Below the pieces are notes generated by a model. That model saw only the letters and a program-made list of their open reading frames with translations. It had not been told where the DNA came from and did not search any database. From Candidatus Saccharimonadota bacterium (GTDB taxonomy: Bacteria > Pseudomonadota > Gammaproteobacteria > Enterobacterales > Enterobacteriaceae), in the NCBI GenBank assembly GCA_049942775.1, contig CP188087.1, positions 1 to 32,000 of the forward strand: 32,000 bases of DNA, read 5' to 3'. The position numbers were made by a program, and so were the translations under genes. Of this stretch, positions 14,834-24,610 are shown piece after piece (position 1 is the stretch's first letter; every line of letters begins with the position of its first letter).

Positions 14834-16549
14834 ATGAGTTCTCTTCAAAAAAATATTTTTATTATTTCGTTTTTTTTCATCCTTTTTATTGTTTGGAATT
14901 CTTTTTATAAAGATATAAAAATTTCTACTAATATATCGAATTTTCAAGATGAAAACAATAGTATAGAAAGAACGTTTAAATCTGAACATATTAATAATAA
15001 TTTTAAAATTGATAATAAATATGATCGTAAAAAAAATGTGTATAAGTATTATTATAACAAGAAAAATAGTAAGTATATTATATTAAGTAATGATGTAATT
15101 TCTATTGTTTTAAATAAAAATAATGGAACTATTAATAAAGTCTACTTATTAAAATATAGTGATCATTTAGGTTCTAATTCTCCCTTTTGTTTATTAGATA
15201 AACAATCTGATTTTATTTATCAAGCAAGTGAAGGATTAATATTAAAAAAAGATGGAAAAATCACAAATTTAAAATTAGATATAACTAATAAACAAAATGC
15301 ATTTAATAGAAGAGTTTTTTTTTCAACTAATCCTTCCAAGACAGAACTAAGAATTCCATTCACTTGGATTGATTTGTTTACTGGAGTTGAGTATAAAAAA
15401 ACTTTTATTTTATATCTTGGAAAGTATTTTATTGAAATAGAAAATACTGTGTTGAATAATTCTGGTAAAGCAATAGATATATCATTTTTTAATGAACTAA
15501 AACAAACTGTTAATATTCCAATTAATTATGCTAATAATAATTTAAATTTTAATAAAGATAGCTTTAGTTCTCAAAAATATCGAAGCATTGCATACTCTAC
15601 TGATTTAGAAAAATATAAGAAAAGTTCTTTGAATACAATAAATGATAAGATTGTATCAGAAAAAACAAAACATGGTTGGATAGCAATGATTCGAAAATAT
15701 TTCGTAGCAGCTTGGATTCCTAAAATTTCAAAAATGAACAATAATATAATTTATACAAATAACAAAACTAATAATATTTTAACTTTAGGATATGAATCCG
15801 AACCAGTTCATTTGTTACCAAATAAAAGTTTTACTTTTGTTTCAAAATTATGGACTGGACCTTCCATTCAAAATAAAATGCTTGAGTTAGCACCAAATTT
15901 AGATTTGACGTTAGATTACGGATACTTATGGTTTATATCTAAACCGTTATTTTACATTCTTAGTTTATTACATTTTTTTATTGGAAATTGGGGTTGGTCG
16001 ATAGTATTTTTAACTATATTTATTCGATCTTTAATGTATCCATTAGCAAAATCCCAGTATATATCTATGGAAAAAGTAAAATTAATTCAACCTAAAATTG
16101 ATTTAATCAAAACAAAATATAAAAATGATAAACAAAAAATGAGTAAGGAAATAATCAAGTTATATAATTTAGAAAAAATAAATCCATTTGGTGGATGTTT
16201 ACCCATCATAGTTCAAATGCCTATATTTTTAGGATTATATTACATGTTAGTTAATTCTGTAGAATTGCGTCATGCACCATTTTTACTTTGGATTAATGAT
16301 CTGTCAGATAGAGATCCTTACTTTATTTTTCCTATTTTCATGGGATATACAATGTGGATAATTCAAAGAAGTTCTTCGAATGAAGATACAGAATCTGTTC
16401 AAAAACATATTACAAATTTAGTTCCAATATTATTTACTTTGTGTTTCTTATATTTTCCATCAGGATTAGTTTTATACTACATTACTAGTAATATTTTTAC
16501 TATTTTGCAACAAAAGATAATTAGTCTTGAATTAAATAATAAAAGCTAA
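14834..16549 (+). CDS. yidC: Membrane protein insertase YidC
   Basis: The start MSSLQKNIFIISFFFILFIVWNSF resembles E. coli [23 protein letters not shown]. There is a large periplasmic domain, then the conserved C-terminal core GWSIVFLTIFIRSLMYPL, NPFGGCLPIIVQMPIFLGLYYML and PSGLVLYYITSNIFTILQQ. The track start 14780 (TTG) looks like an extension. Confidence 0.93.
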   Translation: MSSLQKNIFIISFFFILFIVWNSFYKDIKISTNISNFQDENNSIERTFKSEHINNNFKIDNKYDRKKNVYKYYYNKKNSKYIILSNDVISIVLNKNNGTINKVYLLKYSDHLGSNSPFCLLDKQSDFIYQASEGLILKKDGKITNLKLDITNKQNAFNRRVFFSTNPSKTELRIPFTWIDLFTGVEYKKTFILYLGKYFIEIENTVLNNSGKAIDISFFNELKQTVNIPINYANNNLNFNKDSFSSQKYRSIAYSTDLEKYKKSSLNTINDKIVSEKTKHGWIAMIRKYFVAAWIPKISKMNNNIIYTNNKTNNILTLGYESEPVHLLPNKSFTFVSKLWTGPSIQNKMLELAPNLDLTLDYGYLWFISKPLFYILSLLHFFIGNWGWSIVFLTIFIRSLMYPLAKSQYISMEKVKLIQPKIDLIKTKYKNDKQKMSKEIIKLYNLEKINPFGGCLPIIVQMPIFLGLYYMLVNSVELRHAPFLLWINDLSDRDPYFIFPIFMGYTMWIIQRSSSNEDTESVQKHITNLVPILFTLCFLYFPSGLVLYYITSNIFTILQQKIISLELNNKS

Positions 16550-16598
16550 TTTTTATTTTTTTTAATTTTAAAATTCCATTTAATTGTATTGTTTCTTT

Positions 16599-16630
16599 TA
16601 TTACTAGTTTAATTTATTACTAGTTTAATT
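16599..16630. repeat. Perfect tandem duplication, 2 x 16 nt (tattactagtttaatt)
   Basis: 16599-16614 and 16615-16630 are identical. The identity extends 2 nt to the left and 1 nt to the right. It lies in the yidC-mnmE spacer, 35 nt upstream of the mnmE ATG. Confidence 0.9.
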
Positions 16631-16664
16631 TTATTAAATGTTTTTTTCTCAAAGATAAAATATT

Positions 16665-18044
16665 ATGATTTTTGATGAAACTATTGTTGCTCAAGCCACT
16701 CCAAAAGGTAGATCAGGAGTTGGAATAATACGAATTTCTGGACCTCATACTAAAGAAGTTGCCATGTTAGTTTTAAAAAAAATTCCTTTAGTAAGGTATG
16801 CTACTTTTAGTTCTTTTTTTGATTGTAACGGTAAAATTTTAGACAAGGGAATTGCAATTTTTTTTACTTCTCCAAATTCTTTTACTGGAGAAGACGTATT
16901 AGAATTACAAGGACATGGTAGTCCATTTGTTTTAGATTTATTAATAAAAAATATTTTACTTATTCCTAATCTTAGGGTAGCACATCCTGGTGAATTTTCG
17001 CAAAGAGCATTTTTGAATGGGAGGTTAGATTTAGTACAAGCAGAAGCAATATCTGATTTAATTAATTCTACTTCAGAAAGAGCTGTAAGATTATCCTGCG
17101 ATTCTTTACAGGGAAAATTTTCTAAATACATTAAAGATTGTTTGAATAGGATTATAGAGTTACGTTCAATCATAGAATTTATGATTAATTTTTCAGAAAT
17201 GGAAAAAGACAGTGACCAAACAAATTTTGATATAGATATAAAGTTAAATTTTTTATATGAGAAAATAAATTATTTAAAAAAATCTTTTTATTTAAGAAAT
17301 TTTCTCAAAAGAGGAATAAAAGTAGTTATTGTAGGAGAACCAAATGTTGGTAAATCCAGTTTGTTTAATTCTCTTTGTAATCAAGAAAATGCAATTGTTA
17401 CAAATATTGCAGGAACTACTCGAGATGTGTTACGTTCTGATTTGTACATAGATGGATTTTTTTTTAGTTTAATTGATACTGCAGGTTTTCGTGTTCCTAT
17501 TGATAAAATAGAAAAAATAGGAATTAATTTAGCTTGGAAGGAAATTGTTACTTCTGATCAGATTATATATATGTTTGATGGAACAATAAGCAACAAAAAA
17601 CAATATTTGTTGTATGAAAATTTATCTAATAAGTTTTCTAAAAGTTCTCAAATAATCATTGTTGTTAATAAATGTGATTTATTTTTAAAAAATAAAAATT
17701 TTTTTTTAAACATGAAGAAAAATAATATTTCAGTGTTATACATTTCAGCTAAGAACAGGATTGGATTAAATAGTTTAAAAAAGAGATTAATTAAAAATTT
17801 AAAAACTTCTAATTGGGATATGTCAGAAGATATCTTTTTAGTGAGAAATCGACATATCAGTATATTAAAGAAAACGATAATTTTTTTTAAAAAACTAACA
17901 AAAAAATGGAATTCATCTAAAAATATTGAACTATTAGCACAAGATTTATTTAATGTACAAACACTTTTAGGAGAAATTACAGGTGTTTTTACTACTGAAG
18001 ATTTATTAAAAAAAATTTTTTCTAGTTTTTGTATTGGAAAATAA
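16665..18044 (+). CDS. mnmE: tRNA modification GTPase MnmE (TrmE/ThdF)
   Basis: 459 aa. The N-terminus is TIVAQATPKGRSGVGIIRISG. G-domain motifs are GEPNVGKSSLFN (G1), DTAG (G3) and NKCD (G4). It carries the invariant C-terminal CIGK. Confidence 0.97.
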   Translation: MIFDETIVAQATPKGRSGVGIIRISGPHTKEVAMLVLKKIPLVRYATFSSFFDCNGKILDKGIAIFFTSPNSFTGEDVLELQGHGSPFVLDLLIKNILLIPNLRVAHPGEFSQRAFLNGRLDLVQAEAISDLINSTSERAVRLSCDSLQGKFSKYIKDCLNRIIELRSIIEFMINFSEMEKDSDQTNFDIDIKLNFLYEKINYLKKSFYLRNFLKRGIKVVIVGEPNVGKSSLFNSLCNQENAIVTNIAGTTRDVLRSDLYIDGFFFSLIDTAGFRVPIDKIEKIGINLAWKEIVTSDQIIYMFDGTISNKKQYLLYENLSNKFSKSSQIIIVVNKCDLFLKNKNFFLNMKKNNISVLYISAKNRIGLNSLKKRLIKNLKTSNWDMSEDIFLVRNRHISILKKTIIFFKKLTKKWNSSKNIELLAQDLFNVQTLLGEITGVFTTEDLLKKIFSSFCIGK

Positions 18045-18089
18045 TTTTATATTTTTTTAAAAAATAAATTTTATTTAAAACTTTTAATT

Positions 18090-18162
18090 TGCCCGAAGGC
18101 GGAATTGAACCACCGACACGGGGATTTTCAGTCCCCTGCTCTACCGACTGAGCTATTCGGGC
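18090..18162 (-). tRNA. tRNA-Phe (anticodon GAA), no encoded CCA
   Basis: The reverse complement reads GCCCGAATAGCTCAGTCGGTAGAGCAGGGGACTGAAAATCCCCGTGTCGGTGGTTCAATTCCGCCTTCGGGCA. It folds as a cloverleaf: 7-bp acceptor stem GCCCGAA/TTCGGGC, D stem GCTC/GAGC, anticodon stem GGGGA/TCCCC with loop CTGAAAA, and T stem GGTGG/CCGCC with loop TTCAATT. It is close to E. coli tRNA-Phe. Confidence 0.96.
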
Positions 18163-18174
18163 GCTTTCTTTAGT

Positions 18175-18204
18175 ATTTAATCATTAATTTTAAAATAAAG
18201 TCAA
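18175..18204 (-). promoter_or_regulatory. Possible sigma70 promoter for tRNA-Phe (TTGACT-N18-TTAAAT)
   Basis: On the minus strand, TTGACT (18204-18199) is followed by an 18-nt spacer and TTAAAT (18180-18175), which ends 12 nt before the mature tRNA 5' end. -10-like hexamers are frequent in DNA this A+T-rich, so confidence is low. Confidence 0.3.
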
Positions 18205-18242
18205 TTATTTTTTTTAATTTTGAAAAAAAAAATTATATAGGT

Positions 18243-18271
18243 CTTGAAAGTTTACTAAACTATCCATATAT
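18243..18271 (+). promoter_or_regulatory. Sigma32 (heat-shock) type promoter upstream of groES-groEL
   Basis: CTTGAAA (18243-18249), a 14-nt spacer, then CCATATAT (18264-18271). This fits the E. coli sigma32 consensus CTTGAAA-N13-15-CCCCATNT. It lies about 80 nt upstream of the groES ATG, and rpoH is present in the same window. Confidence 0.55.
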
Positions 18272-18352
18272 CTGAAATTGTAGAATCATTTATTTTTTTT
18301 AAATTATTAACTTTTGTAATATAATAATTTGTTAAATGTGGAGAATTATTTA

Positions 18353-18646
18353 ATGAAAATTCGTCCGTTACACGATCGAGTGATAATTAAACGTCAAGAA
18401 TCTGAATCTAAGTCAGCAGGAGGAATTGTATTAACAGGTTCGGCTGCAGGAAAATCGACTCGCGGAACTGTTTTAGCGGTAGGAAACGGTCGAATTCTAG
18501 ACAATGGTAATGTAAAATCACTTGATGTAAAAGTAGGTGATATTGTTATATTTAATGAAGGTTATGGTGCAAAAACAGAAAAAATGGACCATGAAGAAGT
18601 TTTAATTTTAACTGAAAGCGACATTTTGGCGATTGTTGAAGAATAA
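18353..18646 (+). CDS. groES: Co-chaperonin GroES
   Basis: [47 protein letters not shown] is nearly identical to E. coli GroES. GGAG lies 9 nt upstream of ATG 18353. The track start 18329 is an extension. Confidence 0.99.
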   Translation: MKIRPLHDRVIIKRQESESKSAGGIVLTGSAAGKSTRGTVLAVGNGRILDNGNVKSLDVKVGDIVIFNEGYGAKTEKMDHEEVLILTESDILAIVEE

Positions 18647-18682
18647 TAATAATAATCAATAATCTAGTTTTTTTTAACTTAA

Positions 18683-20347
<1,665 letters not shown>

Positions 20348-20408
20348 AGTAACGTAAGTAACGAACAAAAAAGTTACTTGTAATTATTATTAAAGTTTTT
20401 TTTCTTTT

Positions 20409-20454
20409 CCAGGTTGTTTTTTTATATAGTCTTTCTTATATGATAACAACCTGG
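20409..20454 (+). terminator. Hairpin downstream of groEL (possible terminator)
   Basis: 10-bp stem ccaggttgtt (20409-20418) / aacaacctgg (20445-20454) with a 26-nt A+T loop. The T-rich tract follows only after a few nt (atttctgaattttattttttt). The large loop lowers confidence. Confidence 0.4.
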
Positions 20455-20606
20455 ATTTCTGAATTTTATTTTTTTAGTTTTTCTAAAAAAATAATTTTTA
20501 TTATTATATTTTAAAATTTTTGAATTAGAAGAAATATAATTATATTGATTTTTTTATTTAGATATATAGAACATTTCTATATTATTTCTTTAATATTGAG
20601 AAAATA

Positions 20607-21179
20607 ATGAAATCTATAAACAGTAATTTTAAAATAGGATTAAAAGTTATTTTTGAAGGAGAACCTTATTTAATTGAATCTAGCGAATTCATAAAACCAG
20701 GAAAAGGACAGGCTTTTATTCGTGTCAAACTGAGAAGATTGCTAACTGGACAGTTATTGGACAAAACTTTTAAAGTTACTGATTCTTCTTCTTTAGAACT
20801 TGCAGATATTGTAGATATTGATTTAATTTATTTATACAATGATGGTTACTTTTGGTATTTTATGAATAAAAAAAATTTTGATCAATTCTTAGTTGAAAAA
20901 AAAATTTTACAAAACACGTTGAAATGGTTAATAGAGCAAAATTCTTATTTAGTTACTTTGTGGAATAATAAAATTATATCAGTTGTTCCAAATAATTTTA
21001 TTAAATTAAAAATCGTTGAAACAGAACAATTGAAAAAAGGTGATATATTTGGTTCTAGTGAAAAGATTGCTGTTTTAGAAAATGGAATTAAAATAAAAGT
21101 TCCGTTGTTTATTTCTATAGGAGACTTAGTGAAAGTTGATACTAGAAATTCTAAATATGTTTCTAGAATAAAAAAATAA
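20607..21179 (+). CDS. efp: Elongation factor P
   Basis: 190 aa. GLKVIFEGEPYLIESSEFIKPGKGQAFIRVKLRRLLTG matches E. coli EF-P, including the modified-lysine loop KPGKGQA. The C-terminus is VKVDTRNSKYVSRIK. Confidence 0.97.
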   Translation: MKSINSNFKIGLKVIFEGEPYLIESSEFIKPGKGQAFIRVKLRRLLTGQLLDKTFKVTDSSSLELADIVDIDLIYLYNDGYFWYFMNKKNFDQFLVEKKILQNTLKWLIEQNSYLVTLWNNKIISVVPNNFIKLKIVETEQLKKGDIFGSSEKIAVLENGIKIKVPLFISIGDLVKVDTRNSKYVSRIKK

Positions 21180-21218
21180 TGAGAAAAAATTTTTCATTTT
21201 TTTTTTTAATTTATTTAA

Positions 21219-21965
21219 TTAAAATTCATTTCCTGTAATGTATTTTCTATAACTATCCCATTCAAAAGTAAGCCATAAACTATTTCCTAAACGCATTCTA
21301 TCAATTACTCTTTCTCCAAGTAAAGCTGTCATTCCTTTATGATCTAAATTTGATAACATTCCTGTTGACCGTTTTGAAGAAGATCTTCTATCTACAATTT
21401 GATTTATTATTACTTTCTCATATCTTGATTCTGTTTGCATTCCAATTTCATCAATCATTAGTAAATCGACAGTACTAAGTGTATTTATTAATTTTTCTTC
21501 TGTTGTTCTACTCGCATTGTTAAAAGTATTCTTCATATTAGACATTAGATCAGCTACTGTAACTATTAAAACAGTTTTTCCATGTAAAATTAAATAATTT
21601 CCAATAGCTGATGCTAAATGATTTTTCCCAGTACCTGGACGTCCTGAAAAAATAAAACTTGCAATGTTAGAATTAAATTCTTCTGCATATTTTTTAGCAG
21701 AGTTAACTACCTTTCTATGTCCTTCATGTTGAATTTGATAATTATCAAATGAACAGTTCATATATAGTTCTCTTATTCCGGATTTTCCTAATATTTTTTC
21801 CATTTTAATTGCTTTATTTTCTCTAATTATGGATTGAGAAAATTTTTTTCCCTCTCTTTGATTCCAAGATAATAATTCTTTTTCATTTTTAAATTTTGGA
21901 CGTATTCGACTTGGAATTAATTGTTTTAATTTTTTTAATATTTTTGAATGATAGTAATTTTTCAT
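21219..21965 (-). CDS. dnaC: Replicative helicase loader DnaC
   Basis: 248 aa. NIASFIFSGRPGTGKNHLASAI (Walker A), DLLMIDEIG and YEKVIINQIVDRRSSSKRSTGMLSN are collinear with E. coli DnaC. Confidence 0.96.
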   Translation of the reverse strand: MKNYYHSKILKKLKQLIPSRIRPKFKNEKELLSWNQREGKKFSQSIIRENKAIKMEKILGKSGIRELYMNCSFDNYQIQHEGHRKVVNSAKKYAEEFNSNIASFIFSGRPGTGKNHLASAIGNYLILHGKTVLIVTVADLMSNMKNTFNNASRTTEEKLINTLSTVDLLMIDEIGMQTESRYEKVIINQIVDRRSSSKRSTGMLSNLDHKGMTALLGERVIDRMRLGNSLWLTFEWDSYRKYITGNEF

Positions 21966-21969
21966 AACT

Positions 21970-22527
21970 TTACTTTCCTCTAAATCCTTCTGGAGTAATT
22001 AAATCAGGATTAGATAATTTATTTATATCTGTTTTTGTTGTTTTTTTTAGATTAAAATATCTACTTTGTTGTAAACTTCTAGCTAATTTTTGTTGCCATT
22101 GTATATGGTGAAACATTCTCCCTTCAGCTTTCCAATATGATATAAACAAAGCTAATTCACTTTTTTTGGGATATTCGTTTAAATCTATACCCCATAAAGC
22201 TGATTTGTTTAAAAAGTCTTTATCTGGATTCCATGATTCATACATAAGAAATTTTCCACATTGATTTTCTTTTATTTTATTTTCTTTATCTTTAAAGTTT
22301 TTTTTTAAAAATAATGATTTTAATAAATTTATATTTAATTTTGTTTCTTTATAAGCAGTTTCAATTGCAAGAAATTTTTTTAGTAATTCAGGTTCGATTA
22401 AATACGCAATTGGTAGATTATTATTTAATAATGCTAATATTTTTTTTCGACTTTTATTTATTTTTCCAATTGGATTTTTTAAAAAGTCAATTAAAGAAAT
22501 ATTTTCTATTTTGTTTTCATTATTCAT
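21970..22527 (-). CDS. dnaT: Primosomal protein DnaT
   Basis: 185 aa immediately upstream of dnaC, as in E. coli. The C-terminal half [15 protein letters not shown]...[26 protein letters not shown]...PEGFRG matches E. coli DnaT (GKFAMYPDWQPDADF...[26 protein letters not shown]...PPGFRG). Confidence 0.9.
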   Translation of the reverse strand: [185 protein letters not shown]

Positions 22528-22585
22528 TTTTTTATATTTGAATTAGTTGGTTTTAAGATTTTTATCTTATAAATAATTATTTTTT

Positions 22586-23179
22586 TTAATTAACAAAAGG
22601 ACTGCAATTATTGATTTTATTATAAATTAAATATAAAACATTATTTTTTATTTTTTTTTTTTTAAGTTTCCATGTGTTTGGAACTATAACTTTTTTTTTA
22701 TTATTTTCCATTTCAATATAAATAATTGAATTTTTTTTAAGAAAACAATTTTTTTCTAATAAAAAGGCTGTTGTTTCTACCATTTTTTTTTTAAATGGAG
22801 GATCAATAAAAGCTATATTAAAATTTATATTTCTTCTTTTTTTTAGCCAATTTAAAGTATCGCAGGTAACAAGTTTAATTTTTTTAACAATTTGTAATCT
22901 TTTTAAATTTTCTTTAGTTAGAAAAACATTTTTATTATTTTTTTCTAAAGCTATTACTGAATTTGCTCCCTGCGAAATAGCTTCAATTGACAATGCACCA
23001 GTTCCTGAAAAACAATCTAAACAATTTGATTGATTTATTCTTGGACGTATCCAATTAAATAATGTTTCTCTCATATAGTTTGTTGTTGGTTTTACATTGA
23101 TAAATTTTTTTGTAAATAATATACTTCCTTTTAAATTTCCTCCAATAATTCGAATTTTTTTTTTATTTTTTTTTTTCAT
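22586..23179 (-). CDS. rsmD: 16S rRNA (guanine966-N2)-methyltransferase RsmD (YhhF)
   Basis: 197 aa. IRIIGGNLKG, KPTTNYMRETLFNWI, CLDCFSGTGALSIEA (SAM-binding) and FIDPPF (catalytic DPPF) match E. coli RsmD. It is divergent from ftsY, as in E. coli. Confidence 0.92.
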   Translation of the reverse strand: MKKKNKKKIRIIGGNLKGSILFTKKFINVKPTTNYMRETLFNWIRPRINQSNCLDCFSGTGALSIEAISQGANSVIALEKNNKNVFLTKENLKRLQIVKKIKLVTCDTLNWLKKRRNINFNIAFIDPPFKKKMVETTAFLLEKNCFLKKNSIIYIEMENNKKKVIVPNTWKLKKKKIKNNVLYLIYNKINNCSPFVN

Positions 23180-23292
23180 TATTTAGTTTATTATTATTTT
23201 TTTTAATATTAGGATTAAATAAAATTTGATTTCTTAAAACAGGTCTTTTTAAATATATATAAATTATTTTTTTTAAATTAGGATTATATTTT

Positions 23293-24426
23293 ATGTCTAA
23301 AGATAAAAAAACAGGATTTTTTTCTTTTTTTCGTTCTAAAAATAAAGTTTTAAATTCAAATTTAACACGTGAAAAAAAAAAAGCATCTGTTGTTAACAAA
23401 AACAAAAAAATAGTATTAAATGAAGAAAGTATAAATACTTCAGTAACTAAAAAAGTCCACCAAAATGGATGTATGTTAGAAAATTCTAAAAAAACTATTT
23501 TTTCTCGTTTAAAGGAAAAATTATATAAGACTAGTCAAAATTTTTCAAAAGGTTTTAAAAAAATTTTCTTTCAAAAAGAAATCGATAGTTCTGTTTTAGA
23601 AGGTTTAGAGGAACAATTATTAGCTTCAGATATCAATATAGAAACTACGAATTATATTATTGACAGTATTCGGAAAAACGTAAAGAAAGAATATTGGAAT
23701 AATTCAGATATTTTATATAATCAACTGAAACAAACAATGAGTATTATTTTAGAAAAAGTAGAAAGCCCGTTGCTTATAGAACAAATGAGAGATCCAACTA
23801 TTATTTTAGTAGTTGGAGTTAATGGAGCAGGTAAAACTACAACAATAGGAAAATTATCAGGAAAGTACAAAAAACTTGGAAAATCTGTTGCATTTGTAGC
23901 TGGAGATACTTTTCGAGCAGCTGCATTAGAACAATTAGAAGAATTAGGAAATATATATAAAATTCCAGTTATTTCATCCTTAGATTCAAAACATAAAGAT
24001 CCTTCTTCAATTGTTTTTAACGCGATTAATATTGCTAAAACAAAAAATATCGATGTGTTAATTATTGATACAGCTGGACGATTACATAATAAATTAAATT
24101 TAATGGAAGAATTAAAAAAAGTTGTTCGTGTTATTAAGAATAACATTTCTGTTTCTAGTATATTTGAAATAATGTTAGTCATTGATGCAACTATAGGTCA
24201 GAATGCTATTTTACAAGTAAAAATTTTTAATGAGTTTTTAGGTATTACTAGTTTAATAATTACTAAATTAGATGGATCTACAAAAGGAGGGATAATTTTT
24301 TCTATAGCTCATTTATTTTCAATACCCATTAGATATGTTGGAATTGGTGAAAAATCATCGGATTTGATTTTTTTTCGCAGTATTGACTTCATAAATATGT
24401 TATTTAAAAAATATAAATTGAAATAA
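23293..24426 (+). CDS. ftsY: Signal recognition particle receptor FtsY (shortened A-domain)
   Basis: 377 aa. The N-terminal MSKDKKTGFFSFF resembles E. coli MAKEKKRGFFSWL. NG-domain motifs are LVVGVNGAGKTTTIGKL, GDTFRAAALEQL, IDTAGRLHNK, TKLDGSTKGG and IPIRYVGIGE. Confidence 0.96.
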   Translation: MSKDKKTGFFSFFRSKNKVLNSNLTREKKKASVVNKNKKIVLNEESINTSVTKKVHQNGCMLENSKKTIFSRLKEKLYKTSQNFSKGFKKIFFQKEIDSSVLEGLEEQLLASDINIETTNYIIDSIRKNVKKEYWNNSDILYNQLKQTMSIILEKVESPLLIEQMRDPTIILVVGVNGAGKTTTIGKLSGKYKKLGKSVAFVAGDTFRAAALEQLEELGNIYKIPVISSLDSKHKDPSSIVFNAINIAKTKNIDVLIIDTAGRLHNKLNLMEELKKVVRVIKNNISVSSIFEIMLVIDATIGQNAILQVKIFNEFLGITSLIITKLDGSTKGGIIFSIAHLFSIPIRYVGIGEKSSDLIFFRSIDFINMLFKKYKLK

Positions 24427-24610
24427 TTTTATTTAAAAAATATTTATAACAGTTAAGTAGTTTTATATAAAAGTTACAGAAAATACATTTTATGTTTATA
24501 TGTGATATGATGTATTTAAATATACGTATTTTTTTATTAAAAAAAATAAGTATTTTTGTTTATACTATTTTAAAATTTTTGAGATCTTTTAAATATACAA
24601 GAGGAATAGA

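Noticed and set aside
18337-18345. TGTGGAGAA, one mismatch from the DnaA-box complement TGTGGATAA, upstream of groES.
   Set aside because: The mismatch falls at a constrained consensus position (TTWTNCACA). The sequence is better explained as the groES Shine-Dalgarno (GGAG, 9 nt before the ATG).
23163-23405. 80-aa minus-strand ORF spanning the rsmD-ftsY divergent spacer and the ftsY 5' end.
   Set aside because: It overlaps the rsmD start and the well-supported ftsY start. Its sequence is K/N/F-rich low complexity with no SD or homology. It is spurious.
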